Shown here: piece by piece, positions 12,905 to 26,804 of the stretch
Layout of the letters: each line of letters starts with the position of its first letter
Numbering within the stretch: the first letter of the stretch is position 1
Assembly (NCBI RefSeq): GCF_009914755.1
Contig: NC_060942.1
From: the human T2T-CHM13v2.0 reference genome, Homo sapiens
Length of the DNA: 64,000 nt
Direction: 5' to 3' (one strand)
Notes under the pieces: model-generated
Told to the model about the DNA's origin: nothing
Seen by the model: the letters and a program-made list of their open reading frames with translations, nothing else
The model's database searches: none
Position numbers and translations under genes: made by a program

Positions 12905-13310
12905 TGACACAGGCATAGGTCAGGCACTGTTCAAAGTGTTTCATACATATCACTCCATGTAATTCCCAGAAGGGCCGTAGGAGGTAAATACCGTCATTAA
13001 CCCCATTTTATAGATGAGGACACCAAGGTAAAGGGAGACTGAGTAAGTTGGTGTTACGGTCACATATCTAAAGAGTGATAAAGCTCAGGTTTGAGCCAGG
13101 CAGTCTGGCTCCACCATCCAAGCTCTCTTTCTCTCTCTTTTTTCAGAGACAGGGTCTTGCACTCTGGATGGAGTACAATGGTGTGATCATAGCTTACCGT
13201 AACCTCAAACTCCTGGGCTCAAGTGATCCTCCTGTCTTGGTCTCCCAGCACTGGGATTACAGGCATGAATACCACACCCATCCCTATCCAAGCTCTTAAC
13301 CACTGCACTA
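12905..13310 (-). mobile_element. MIR SINE interrupted by a FLAM
   Basis: AGGCACTGTTC...CCCCATTTTATAGATGAGGACACC...GGTTTGAGCCAGGCAGTCTGGCTCCA, resuming CTCTTAACCACT after the FLAM. Confidence 0.85.
13127..13285 (-). mobile_element. FLAM_C-like Alu monomer
   Basis: Single Alu arm (GAGACAGGGTCTTG...AAACTCCTGGGCTCAAGTGATCCTCC...GGGATTACAGGCATGA); TSD ATCCAAGCTCT at 13116-13126 and 13286-13296. Confidence 0.9.
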
Positions 13311-14959
13311 TGTTTCCACACACACTCTCTCTCTCTTCGTGTGTGTATGTGTGTGTATACAGATTTGACGTAGTGAGAGACTGACCTGGAAGGGCAGAGA
13401 GTCCACATTAGTATAGGAGAAGAAGTTAGGAATGATTGGAAGGATAGGAGCTCTGAAAGGGAGAAATCCTGGTGGGCTTTGAGGAAAGCCTCTTTTTCAA
13501 AGAGCACATCCTCTAACAACTTATAGCAATTCCCACAAATAGGAATATTCCTGAAATAGACCATTCCTTCATATGCTAAGTTTGTATCAAGCTCATCCTT
13601 GTCTCATTTTTAGAACTTTAGGTAATCTTGACTTTCTATCAGTTGTCTGTGCTTTGAATTCTCTCAGGAAGTTCTTCCTGAGGTTGTTCCTCTTTTTGGC
13701 TCACAAAACGTGCTTGGGCAAGCAGGCTGTGAGGCTGGTGGCAGACAGGAAGGGAGCCTGAACGCCATGGCTGCTGTTACACCCTGTTAGCCTCCTTTCC
13801 TCGAGAACTGATTATGTGTACTCAAATAGAGCTGGGAGGGGTGTGGGCCAGATCCTGGTCTGCTCTCCTACCCCTATAACTCTTAGCACAGAGTTTTGTA
13901 CATGGTTCAAATTTGAATACCTTGTATTTATTAATTAGAGATCCACAACTGACAAGAAGTGGCCTTTCCTGGAGCCTTTTCCAAGCCTGGTTTGGTTCAT
14001 GGGCAAGTCCTAGGCTTGCTCAGGGGTCAGTCTTGGCGGACTTCAAAGTGAACTTCTCAGCTTAAGCTACAAATTTTGTGGAATTTTCCACATTGAGGAA
14101 TGCCATTTTCAGAACACAAATGTTCGTTTGGCCTATTGCATTTGTTATCAGACAACCTATCACTTGAGACACGAGAGAAGATGTGTTTTCTCAGCTTTAG
14201 TGATGTTGTCTTATGGGAGAAGTTCCACACAACAGAAGCTCGGGGAACCTGGTGATATGATTTAGAAGCAATTCACCAGGTCAGAGACACTGTTAAATCA
14301 GAAATGTGGCAAGGGGACAAGAGAGAAATCTGGAACAGTTATTTTGTCTACAAATCAAGGGCATGGTAAAGTTTCTTACTTTTAACTTCTATTGAAACAA
14401 TGACCATAAACAATGTGCAATGCTAAAAACTAATTAAATAGCCACCCTAAATCAACAAAAAAGAGTAAATCGCATTTTAAGTAACATTTGCTCCTGTGAA
14501 ATGTCCTTCTCCTTGTTTGGGGCCTGTCCCAATGCTGATGCTTCTGTAAGTCAGGCCTCACTGATGGGTGAATTGAGCAGCCTGTCCCTACAGTCTCAGC
14601 TGGCTTCAATTCTGACTGAGCATTTCCCTCAATAGCTCCTCCTCCTCCACCTCCTCATGATCATCATCATTATGCTTTCCTTGAAGCCATTTGTTTAAAC
14701 TGCAATGTTCCCTTTTTTTCTGCATATCTAAATCCTGCTCATTCTTATAACACCCTCGGTTTTTACATCCAGTCTACCCAACAGTTCTTTAACATTCCTG
14801 CCTTTTAATGAATACCTCAATGATTATATCTCTTACTAGCCACCTTTTACATCCAGCTTCATGAAAGCTGTTCATTCAGTTCTCATCATTCTTATCAGTT
14901 TCATAGTGCCCCTGCTCCCTGCTGCCACCTCTCCCCATTCCTTGCCACCCCTGGCCTCT

Positions 14960-15340
14960 GTACTCACCAGGATAGGCTGCTTTATGAAGGAAAAAAAGAT
15001 TCCCAAATGTCAGTGGCCCAACACCACAAAGCTTTATACTCTGTACACATGAAGTCAGTTGCAGGTCTAGATAATTTTCCAAGCAATTGACTTACATGTG
15101 GTGACTCAAGGATCTAAGCCAAATAGTCTTTTCCATCAAGGAACTGTACCTTGGAGCACAGGGCCTCTTTGATCACCATCACTGGACAGATTGTGCGTTT
15201 CACTCACCCATCCTGGATGTGACACTTACCATTCCTGCTCACGTTTCATTGTCCAATTAATCACACAACCCTACCCACTTACCAGCAGTTGAAAAATTTC
15301 CAGGTATCTGGAAAGAGGAAAGAACCAGATATTAGGGAAC
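14960..15340 (-). mobile_element. Old MLT1 (J/K/L-like) LTR
   Basis: CCCAAATGTCAGTGGCCCAACAC..., GTGACTCAAGGATCTAAGC, GTGACACTTACCATTCCTGCTCACGTTTCATTG. Confidence 0.6.
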
Positions 15341-15554
15341 ACATCCCTAATTAGATAATAACGTTTTGAAAGAAGCTTGGGTTTCTTATATTTCTTAGTG
15401 TCTCCCATGATATTTTGGGTAAAATAGGCTCTCAACAGTGTCTGTTGAATAAATAACATCATTAGCCCTTAAGAAGCATTAATCTGTGACAAGATTTATG
15501 CTGAGCATATTGCAAGAATAAAGATCTGCAATGAAAAGCCTGGTATGCACTGGA

Positions 15555-16250
15555 TCATTCATTCATTCATTTGTTTATTCATTCAACAAATACCTATTGA
15601 GTGCCTTATGATCCTAGGCACTGTGCTGAGCACTTGTGAGTGATGCGTGAGTGAGTCATTGTCCTTGTGGAGCTTACATTCTAGAGAAGGAGACAGATAA
15701 CAAACAACAGATATAACAAAGAAACTAAATAGTGTGATAGAATGTTGTGCATTGTGAACATAAAAATAGAGCAGGGTAAAATATATAGTGACTGTGAGGA
15801 TTGGGGTGCAAGAATTTTAAAGTGGGTGGTCAAGGCAGACTTCATTGAAGTGACATTGAAAAAGAAGTAGAGGAGACAGTTAACCATGCAGGTATTTGTA
15901 GGAAGAGCATCCAGGAAGTGGGAATAACTTCTGCTAAATCCTAAGGTGTGGCATGTTTGAAGACTAACAAGGAGTCCATTATGGCTGGAGTGAGATAGAG
16001 TGAGCCAGGGATGATGAATTCAGAGGGGTGATGGGGGCCACATCAGGAGGGCTTGTAGGCCATTGGAGGACTTTGGTTGTTCCTGTGAGTAAAATGGGAA
16101 GCCATTTAAGGGTGATGGACATGTGTGAGACATGACCTGTGTTTGAAATTGATTATAGGAAGCAAAGGTGTAAGCTGGAAAATCAGGAGTGAGAATAATA
16201 GTTCATGAGAGAGATAATAGTGCTTAGAACAGGGTGCCAATAGGGGAGGT
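15555..16250 (-). mobile_element. L2a LINE 3' fragment
   Basis: (CATT)n tail, then CAACAAATACCTATTGAGTGCC..CTAGGCACTGTGCT, GGAGCTTACATTCTAG and GGGCTTGTAGGCCATTGGAGGACTTTGG. Confidence 0.88.
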
Positions 16251-17399
16251 GTTTTTAGCTACATACATGTATATATATACTTTTGTGGTGATATATATGT
16301 GTAATACATACCTATGTGTGTTATGAATACATATAATCTAAAGAGGAAACTTTAGGTTTACATCTCATTTGCATACATAGATACATTTCTTGGCCCTTAT
16401 TTTTGCCTTTTCAGAGAACTTTTTCATGTATTATGACGCAAAACAACTAAAAAGAGAGAAGGGGCTGGTACCATTATTATCCTCCTCCTATGTGTCACCT
16501 TTATGGAGAACTTTATGGGGACAGGGCCTAAGTGGAAACAGTGCTTAGAGTCCCTGTGGCCCTGCCACCACAGGGATGGGGTTTTTAGGGCCTGGCTTCC
16601 CAAGCACTCACATCACAAAGTCTTAGAGAAAGAAACTTAATCAACAGAGTCGAATGGGTGGTAAGATAAGTTCCACATAATCCCCAGTCTCATCGAATCT
16701 GAGCATCTCTTAATAAAACTCACAGTTGTTGTGGGGAAGGGATATGGGGATACAGCCTCTTCAGCCCGCTGAGCTACCACCTGCTCCCGGCAGGGGCTGC
16801 ACCGTTAATCCCCTGAGCATCATAGCTTATTTCCCAGACTGCTTTCTCTTCCAAAAAGAAAATAACCGCTGGTCTGTGAGCTACATCAGAAAGTCTCTCC
16901 AAATGCCATCAGAGCCTCTGGCTGCTGCCTGTGTCGTGCTTCCAGTGACCCCAGGGTGGACCACCTACACCAACATTCCTTTTAACTAATACCTGCTTGC
17001 TCATGTTTCATTGTCTCAGGCCTGCCACATTGAGGGCTGCTTCTCTTCTCTGCGCCAGGCCTCAGTTTACTTCTGTTTATTTTATTGCCATGTGATGGTG
17101 ATTGCTGGATATGAGACCAAGACTGGCTAAGAGCGTTTCACAATCTTCCCTTAATTTGTTGTTAGATGCTGGGTCAAGAAATCCCCACATCTTGGTGGCA
17201 CTGATCTGAATCTGCCTGAATGGGCTGTGTTTGGTTTTCCTAGTGTGTCCCCAACAACTACTGAGCAAATACTTAATGATACCAACTACCTCCTGCCAAT
17301 TAAGTGTCCAGCCCTTTCTGAGCATATTCTCTCTTTGACGAGCATGTTGCAAACACCACTGCAGTTGGCAGTTTTGTCTTTGCTAATTGTGCTGATGAC

Positions 17400-17890
17400 A
17401 CTACATCTGCTGCTCCACCACTGTCCTATTCTGCTCTTTACTATCCTGCTCTCTGCCTTAGGATGCTGACCCTTGCATCCTACATCCCCCCAGGCTCCCT
17501 TGCAGTCCTCTGTCTAACTCCCTGTTGGCTTCAACCACAGTGAGACACCAGCAGGATGCTGGAGCTGCAGGAAGGAGAGCGAGGTCAAGGTGTTTCTTCC
17601 CTGCTCTCCCGCTTTGGACAGCAGTTCTGGTATGACCATTACTCTATACCTGCAGCTACTAACAGCTGGGCCCTCTTCTAGGGTTCTGGCTCTCACTGGG
17701 TTCTGGTAACATCTTTCCTCCCACCCTTGCCCTTTCAGGCTAAGTAAGGGTGGCAACAGCCCCTGCTATACAAATATTTGGGTGCCTTGACATCTCTTGT
17801 TGGCTTCCTTAAATTTGCATTTAATCCCATCATTAAATTCTTTTCAAAACCCCAGCTTGGTTGCCTTGCATTTCCTGCTGGAGCCTCATC
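17400..17890 (+). mobile_element. LTR33-like solo LTR (ERVL)
   Basis: CCCAGGCTCCCTTGC, CACCAGCAGGA, GAGGTCAAGGTGTTTCTTCCC, CCCTTTCAGGCT..GGGTGGCAACAGC and CTTGTTGGCTTCCTTAA in consensus order. Confidence 0.75.
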
Positions 17891-18204
17891 AATGAGAAGT
17901 TCTCTCTGAAGGTAGGGGTGAGATTTGGCCATAGGTATGGGGGACTCTTCCTATTATGTCACCCAAGGTTTCTGTCCTTACCCTTTTCTGGTGTACGGTT
18001 TGATTAGGGGACTTTACCACATCACTTCCAGGGATGGGAATGAAGGTCATCTGCCAATGAGGGCACACTGGTGTGGGCTTGAGGCAATGGGGGTGGGGGC
18101 TGAAATGAGAATGTGTGAACCGTGCCTTGGGGAACCCACAGACTGGCTGGGGATATAAGACATCACATACCATCAAAACAATATAACTAATGATCGTGAA
18201 AAAA

Positions 18205-18420
18205 TGATATCCTTATTTATTGAGCACATAATATGTGTTAGGCACAGTGGCATATAGTAGACTGTATGTAAATTGTTCCTAATTCTCACAATACCTTGCA
18301 ATGTTAGTATTATGAGCTCTACTTTACAAACAAAGAAGCCTGATACCGAGGGTACCAAGTGACTTGCCAGATACTACTGGAGCTGGATTTAAAACCAAGC
18401 TTTTTGGCCTCTAAACCATG
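18205..18420 (-). mobile_element. MIR SINE
   Basis: TTTATTGAGCACATAATATGTGTTAGGCACAGTG...AATTCTCACAATACC...AAGTGACTTGCC. Confidence 0.8.
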
Positions 18421-18859
18421 ATTATTCTTGCAGCTATATCATATCTACTCATGACATAGAAAATAATACAGGTTAATGTATGTGAAGCAGGGTGCCAGTG
18501 GGATGCAGCTCAAACTCTGTGTGCAATAGAAGGTCATACCCAGGAAGAGCAATGTGCAACATGAGAGATTTCATTAGACAGCAAGATTTGATCTGCTCCT
18601 TGAAGGAAAGAAATGAGGACATGTGGAGAAAGAGAAGAGCGATGAGGGCACAAATGCCAGTGCTCTGTCCAGAAGTAATGACTCTCTGACTTAAGGAACT
18701 GAGGAAGTGGCTTCCCAGGCCTTGTGACTCTCCCTATCTTTCTTTACGTTGCCTTTAGTGCTGAGAATTATCACCCCTCTCATCACTTCCTATTCACCTA
18801 AGTCCTTGCAGCCTTCCCTTACCAATTCTTGGAAATACAGGTGAATTCTCCATGGCTTC

Positions 18860-19720
18860 CAGGTAGAAGTCATAGGACTTTTTCAGTTCTTATCTTGCTT
18901 TCTGCAATAAATGAGCATAAACCTCCTCCTATAGGATCTTAGTAAACATCTTTCCTCTTGTGATCTCTAGGACACCACTTTCTCTGTAGTCTCCTTCTTT
19001 CTCTGTGCCCATTCACCACATCCTTCTTTCTGTCTCTGTTCTTCTCCTTTCCTGTCTCAACTCCTAATCCCAGTCTGGCTATCATTCCCCATCATGGAGC
19101 AAGCTCTGCCATCAACATGATGCAGTGGTTAGAAGTGTGAGCTCTAGACCTTGTTGACCTGGGTTTGAGCTTTTGAATCTTCCATTTGCCACTTCTTAAT
19201 TGGGCAACTTATCATACCTTGCTGTGCCTCCACATTGGGACAGAACCTAGCACACAGCTAGCACTTGATAAACATCAACTGTTATCCATTCAATTGTCCA
19301 AGCAAGAAACCTAGATGTCACCCCGGACTGCTCCTTCCTCCTCATCCCACCTCTAATCCAGCACCAAGGATCCTAATCTTCTGATTGCCTCTCAGAGCTG
19401 CCTAGTTTTGGTTTTCTTCAGATCTGCCCATCTCAGAGCCTCATGTGGGGTTTGAGTCTTAACTGTTCTATTTGTTTTCAGCTTTCCTTGCCTTGATCCA
19501 ATTTTTACTTTGAAGCCAAAGTAATCTTTCTAAGAAACAAGTATGACCTCACCCATGCTTAAAATCCTACTGGGATTGCTACTGCCTTCAGGATGGAGTC
19601 CAAATGCCTTGGAATGTAATGGAGGGCCCATATGCTTCCTTCTCCCTTCCAGTCATACTTCCCATCTCCTGCAAGCTTCCCAACATCCATTCCATGACCT
19701 AGCCATACAATTTCCTAAAG
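18860..19720 (+). mobile_element. Degenerate L2 fragments with an embedded MIR (~19120-19285)
   Basis: GACACCACTTTCTC, CAAGCAAGAAACCTAGATGTCACCC and GCCAAAGTAATCTTTCTAAG...GCTTAAAATCC are L2-like; GTGGTTAGAAGTGTGAGCTCTAG...CCTGGGTTTGA is MIR-like. Confidence 0.6.
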
Positions 19721-20096
19721 CTGATCATTAAACATGGATCCATTCCTGCCGGATGAGACTCACTGGCACTGAGTGCCCCAGGAACCTGCATGTCTAACAA
19801 GTGCTGTACAAAGTCAGCCAGTTTTCACTATGCTGGTAGTCCTTGGTTCTCTCTCTCCTCTTCTCCCTGCTTCCTTTTGGCCTCACACACTGAGCAGGGC
19901 CAGGTTTTATTCTAGTAAACTTGGGTAACAATAGATATGATTGTCAGCCTCCCTGGGGCTGGCCAGGTTTTTATGAAATTAGACATATTTGTCTTGATGT
20001 TTAGGAGCAAGCATGAAATTCAAATCTGTGTGTTGGCATTCCGCGGGCTGGGCCTTTAATATTCAATGACATAACTTCATTGCGGGTTTGACAACA

Positions 20097-20282
20097 CTAT
20101 ATAGAAGTTGTGCTTACCACTGAAAATTAAAGCTACTGAAAGCGTTGACAGCAGCAAAATTGTGAATGCTTCCCAGCTCCCGAAGTGATTGCTATTCCAG
20201 TTTGTCTAGAAGTGCTTATTGTGTTTGTAATACCGTCAGTTCCACTTAAAGACGACTTGAAGTCGATGCCATACAGGTAAGT
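20097..20282 (+). other. Candidate exon (first or internal) ending at a perfect 5' splice site
   Basis: CAG|GTAAGT at 20276/20277; TATA-like CTATATAGAA at 20097; alternative acceptor TATTCCAG at 20200; locally raised CpG. No transcript evidence available. Confidence 0.35.
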
Positions 20283-20879
20283 ACCAAAGAAATCTCTTCC
20301 TTCCTCTCTCCACTTCTCTATCGCCTCCCACACGATTTTTCTACTCAGGGTCTATTTGCCTTTAGTTATAGAGCCCCTGATTCCCTCAAATTCTGAGCCA
20401 ATTGATTATATTCCTCTTTCAAGTTGCCAGGTTAGCTAGACTTTCATTTTTTCTCCTGTTCATTTTCCTTTTCTTTTTTTCCCCCCTTTTCTCCCACATG
20501 ATTTTCAAGGAAATTGAGTTATAGTGACTTACTCCACAAATCCCTTGGGTGTGTGAATGACATTTTCTTGTGTGTAAAGGAAATGTTGTGTGGGGTGGTG
20601 AGGAGGATTTGGCATCTGAGGAAGGATTATTTGAAATTAATGCTAAGAATAAGGAGAGACAACTGTATTAACTGACTTCATGTCAAAAAGGGTAAAAAGA
20701 AAACTTAAAAATAATTATTTAATAATGGCCTGCTTTGCTATTGGTGGTAGCATTAAAGCAGACATTTTGACAGACAATGCTGGCAAGCCAGCCTCCTTCT
20801 TAGGTTGGTTTCTTGGTTTGGTCTTTGAAGATTTCCTTCCCCTTTTGCAAATTGAGGCAGAATGGTTTTTATCAGAGAA

Positions 20880-20993
20880 AAAAGAAAAAAATATATATAT
20901 GTATATATATACAGAGAGAGAGAGAGAGAGAGAGAGAAAGAAAGAAAATATATATAAAATATATATTTTCTTTCTTTCATATATATGTATATA

Positions 20994-21040
<47 letters not shown>
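20880..21040. repeat. Compound microsatellite (TA)n-(AG)n-(TA)n-(TG)n containing a 20-bp perfect inverted repeat
   Basis: Read directly; inverted repeat arms at 20936-20955 and 20959-20978. Confidence 0.95.
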
Positions 21041-21347
<307 letters not shown>

Positions 21348-24300
21348 AGAAAATATTCTTTATGCAAGCCTTTTAGATAAACTTAAGCAAGCTGAGATCC
21401 TTGGAATGGTAAACTGAGATGCAAATAGGAGAGCTGAGAGGACTGCCTGGGGCTTTGAAAGCAGTGATCCTGGAGAGACCCTGTGGCTGGAGGGGCAGTG
21501 TTTCCAAGAACAGTCTAGCATGAGGGAGCAGCTGTGTGGCACTCACCGCAGTAGGCTTGGGGAGCCAGCGTTTGGGCAACTCCCAGGCTCTAACTTCCTG
21601 CTTCCATCAACATGCTTCTCATTGTAATTCACTTTTTCACTTTTCCAGAGCCTGCTGGACAAGAAGTTTCCCACTATAGACCATGAGCATTCTTTTCTGT
21701 TGCCATCCACCCTCAGGGTTTGAAAATTATGAACCCCGTTGCTGGGGCAGAGCAACTTTGGAGTGATTTGAATGGTGATCAGCAGGTACAAATATCTGAA
21801 CACCATATTCTTCCTGGACACTTTATAATTCTTATTAGTTTGGCATAATCTTTCCTGACTTTTCAGAAGGACCATGTTATTCAGTGGAGCCTTGCATTCA
21901 GATAACCTTCCAAGGAGACTCTGGTACTTAGAGATACCATGTTTGTAACTCTTAAGCGGCCTGTTAAAGCCTTTAATGAGTTGCTGGCACCAAAAGGATT
22001 CAGTTGGATTAAGGTACATGGAGAGATTTTACATTTTTTATGTATTTAAAGTAGAGGATTTTTTGTTTGTGTATTTGTTTGTTTGTCTTTTGTAAACTTT
22101 CCTAGTCAACACACATCTTGGCTTGTTTGTTCATCTCTTTAAATGATACAGCAAATTTTGGTCTCTGTCCGTGCCACTCCTCTCTGACTGCACATGAGAT
22201 GGGTGTTGTGGTCTCTTGGGTGGATTGGAGGCTTGGAATGGGCCTTGGTGACCATTTCCTGAGTTTTCCCTATTAAATTTGTTCTTTGGTGCCTAATTTC
22301 TCCTACTATTAGGACTATGATTTTTATTTTTTTAAAAATCTGGACTTTTGTCCAGAACTTTGAAACATGGCATTGTTCCATGGAACTATGAATGTGAGTG
22401 ATTTAGACATCATCAAAATGCAACTTTATTTTTGTTTCCTGACATTTGTTTAAACTTGTTTAGTGGGAATAATTTTCCCTATGCTCAACAAGAAACTTGG
22501 CAGGTCTCCAGGCTTTTCAGCTCATTTGTAGACACTAGAGAGACCTATGGCCATTATCATAGCCCACAAACACAGGCTAGAGCTAATAAATAGTATATCT
22601 AGTCTCATGTGATGATCAAAACTCTGAATTGGAATTAACATTACATTTTCTTTCCTGCCCTGACTTGGACTGCTTCGGGCTGGAAGTCTGGGGTGGGAGA
22701 TGGGGGATGGTTCTTTGGCGCTCTCCTGTTTCCTGATTCTTGGCTCACCTTCTCCTCGACTTGGTCACCAGCTGCTGTAGTGAATCTCACAAGGGTGGAG
22801 GCATGGGAAGGAGGAGAAGTGAGCAGATGAGATAGTATCTGCTTTGCTAAGGGCATCATGGTCTCTGGTAGTGGCCAAGGGATAGAGTTGATTTCATTCT
22901 CTTGAAAGCACTTTCATGGGATCTTAAGAGGTTTCCTGCTGGATCTTGTGACCTAAGGTTTTTGTGACCAGTGAGTGATTCCCTAATCCACCTAATTCAG
23001 GTAGACACTTGTGACATCTTCCTTTGCCATGGGCATCTGATGGTATAACTCCAGCTTCTTTCTGCTGATGTCCTGCCTTCCTCCAGGCAGCTCAATTAGT
23101 TAGGACCCAAGAAGGCCCCAGGCAGCTTCTCCCAATCTGATCCACATCCAGTTCATGAGAAACATTCATGCATTTCTTCCTCTATTCTAGAAGTGAAAGC
23201 CAATCCTGGTGAAGCAGCCCTCACCAGTGGGGCAGTTGGTCAATTCCCCCTTCACCCTGTAGATTTTCAGGAAGGGGTCAGATCAGGTTCCAGTCTCCTT
23301 GACCTTCACAGATGTGTCAGGGGGCGTTCCTCTGTGTCTTTGAAGTATAGAAATACATTTCCAATTTCTGCAAGTGGTCCCATTGGATAATCCCTCCTTA
23401 GGCCTGGGGAAATCTATATGCTGTATTTCTACTCTCCCTAAATACCTGACTGAGCTGAGGAGGTCCAAAAATTGAGAAACTATGTTCATTTGTTTTCCTT
23501 TGTAAATTCTGCATAAAGAAGTGATGTTGAAATGAAGCAGGATGTGTCTCATTCTGTCTTGCTGCACATGTTTCTCTTTTACAAGGGCCTTACAGTCTAC
23601 AGGAGGGGCTTAAAAAAACAGGAAAAGATTTAAAATCTATAAAGAAGATGTTACAAGTCAAGTAGCCCCAAGTCCCAGTTATACAGACAATGAGTTCTGT
23701 GGTTCAGGTTAGGGTTTGGGCGGGTGGTAGGAAGGGGGAAATGAGATGGAGTCAGAAGTGTGTGTTCAAAGCTTTCAGTTTTAGTCTTGTTGCAGTCTAC
23801 TGCTTTCCTACTTGAAATTCAAGATTCAAACACTCTGAGATGATGAGCCAAGCTTCAAGGATTCTTCTGGCTGGAAATGACTGGCTGAGAAAATGCATCC
23901 AGGGTCCAGGCAACTCCTAGAGTGAGGAGCTGAAGATGATGAAATACAGCACTTATATTAAGCACCACGTGCATGTGAACCTTGTCTTATCGGCCTACGT
24001 GCATTTTTGGCCAATTCCAGAAGCCTCCTTAGATACTCAGTACATGGGAGAAGAGGTAAACTTAGATCAACAATATTCATTTTGCAGAAGCACTTGGATG
24101 TCCCATTGATCATTGTTCATTCAATATATACATATATTCTCTCTCCCCCCTCCCCTCCCTCACACACACGTCATGCACCACTTTGCTCAAGACTCTATTC
24201 CAGGCATTGTGAGAGACAGTTAAAGTCTCCCAGGTAGCTCAAGAGATGAGAGACACACAGCAAATAGCTATACTCACTGCTGAGGACAGTATATCTGAAT

Positions 24301-25954
24301 GTGAGAACAGAGAGTACCTGGTTCAACTCAGCAAAAGAAGAGATGCCTTCTTCCTGTCATTATCCAGGAAAATTTTTCAAGAGGATTGCAACCAACTGTG
24401 TCTCACCTGGACTTCACCACTTCTCCAAGTGCTGGTTTCTCTTCTAGGCTCAGTCATGGCCTCTGGGCTCTCACAATGCACAGGTACTGATTGTATTGAG
24501 TGCTGGCAAGTCTGACAGGGCCTCTGAGTCACCATCCCCTACATTGGAGGAGTCCAGCACTCTGAGAATTTTTATGCTATGCTTGGTAAGTATCTAGCAC
24601 ACTTCCTGGAACAAAGTAAGTCTTCCCTAGGGATTTGTGGGTTGATTGAATGGGAACTTGAGAAGGAACTTCTGGGGTCATGCTGATGCAAGGTACCTCT
24701 GGCTTTGACTCTGACAAAGATGGGGTCCAGGAGGCTTTGTTGGGGAAGAAAAGGCCAAGACTGTGAGGGTGCTCCTAACAAGACAGAGATGCCCCTTGAG
24801 GACCTTTGTTTTCTGGGCTTTTCTCCCCACCTTCCTATCCATTTTGCACATATTGGCTTGATGTCTCCCTTGGGGAATTTGTTTTACAGCCTCTCTCCCT
24901 CTGGAGGCAAATTGCTATCTCTGTTTTAAAACTCTCACCAAGCCTCCACGAGGGGCATTTTGCATTCAGGTGGCTTTGGGGATAGTGACTGAGCAGTACC
25001 TTGCCAGAAGGTTCTTCTTTATATGCATACTAAGTTTCTTTTGTTGGAACTGAGGGTCAATTTCTCCATTCCTGGTTTTGTGGAACAACTTCCTGTGACC
25101 TCTTTTCTGGCATGGCTCACCTTCCCTGGGGTGCATTCAGGGATGAACCCAGAAGTTCTTCCCCAGCATTCTGCCTTCTGCTTCCCCTCACTGTGACCTT
25201 CCTTACAATGGTGCTGGTGGTCTCCCTCCCCTTAGAATCAGCCAGTGAAATTCCAGGGTGCATGGAGGATACTTTGCATGGGGCATCTGATTCACCATTG
25301 TCTGAATAAGGAAATCACTTCTTATGTCAAGGTTGGGAGCCCCTGTGAGCAGCTGGAGGGGCTCTCCCTTGGAGTGGAGGATCCCCAAGTCCCTGAACTC
25401 ACACTGACAGTAGGGTGACTTCCCAGGGAGCTCAGAACCTCCACACTAGACTTAGCTGCCTCTCCTGCCACCAGTCTGAGAGGCTTCTGATGTTACAGAC
25501 TGAATCTACTGTTTAATTTCTAACCTCCCATGGCTCCCAATTTAGGGCTCACCTATGGGGTCCAACCACTCAATTAGGGCAGGCATTAATGACAGTGGCT
25601 GCTTCTACAGTGTATTGCAGGAGGCGGCAGCACATCCCCAGTCCAGGAGCTGTTCATTCCTCCACAATGGCCGCCTTCAGGATTTCTTTATCAGGTAGCA
25701 CCTTGGTAGTCATTAATACCATGGTAAACATCAGACAACATTGACCTGAGGATAGTGGGCTAGGCCTTGAAAAAATGGGGCAGGTAGGGGAGCAGGGCAC
25801 CAAGATGGAGGAAAGGGCAGCTAATGGTTGAACTGAAGGCAACAAAGAACATTTTCCCCAGTTTTGATATTTTGCCAAAGGTGACCCCTGCAGCCCATCA
25901 CATCCCCTCTGCAGGGCTTCAACCACCTATTCTAATTTTCTAATAATATGAATA

Positions 25955-26130
25955 GCTACTCTTTATGGAGCACCAACTCTTGAGATGGAGTATCTTTTTA
26001 TTCCTACTTCACAAATGAACGAATGGAGGCTCAGGCAGGTTAATGATCTTCTCAAGGTGGCACAGCCAATGGGTGGTGGAGCTGGTATCCAATCCAAGCA
26101 TGATCTCAAAACTGTTGTTCTCCACCACAG
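25955..26130 (-). mobile_element. MIR SINE fragment
   Basis: TTCACAAATGAACGAATGGAGGCTCAGGCAGGTTAATGATCTTCTCAAGGTGGCACAGC. Confidence 0.75.
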
Positions 26131-26804
26131 TCATTTTTTCCTACTGAACTCTCTCTCTTGTGCACTCTGTCTCTTGCACTTTCTGTCTCCTTTTCTGTTC
26201 TGAACCTGGTACCGACATGAATTTTAAGCTAGGTCAAGATTACTGATTTGTCTGGACCATTCATTTGCTTCCATTAAGAGTCAGGCAGGGAGAGTGGCAG
26301 GAATAACCTGGTATACATTTTACGAAAACCCCACAAGCTTTGAACACTCTGATTCTGTTCAATCTTTTCTCTCCCTCCTGTTCTTGGCAACTGTCCCTTA
26401 AGCCCGTCTGTTCTCTGCCTCTAATATATTATGCAGATATTTTATTACCAAACAATTAGATCCACTAACTTGAAAAGGAAACGAGCAGGAAATTGCAATT
26501 ATAAGAGTAAAAGCAATGCTCTTTTATTTCTCCCCTTTATGCATATGAAATATGGTTTGTCATTGCTGCAAAACAGACTTTTCTCCTCTTCCATGGCTCT
26601 TCACTGCCTTGTCTTTAATAATTGAGCAGAAAGCAGAGTAATAATTAGATTCCTGGTAACAGGGGAGATATCCATAGATTTGCAGCATGTGGAGGCTCAG
26701 CTTGGAGCCATGGGGCCCACGACCATGCCTCCATGGGAGAAAGCATACTTCAGGCTGTTTCACTTGAGTACCTTCCAAAGCCTTCTGTACATCCATGGTC
26801 TTCT

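Noticed and set aside
14761-14856. 12-bp direct repeat TTTTACATCCAG, possible TSD
   Set aside because: No recognisable insert or tail between the copies; too short to interpret.
21541-22019. 158-aa minus-strand ORF ending near a GCG|GTGAGT donor, and a + strand acceptor at ~21647
   Set aside because: No recognisable protein. Joining the 20276 donor to this acceptor gives only a 13-aa peptide, and isolated splice-like motifs are common.
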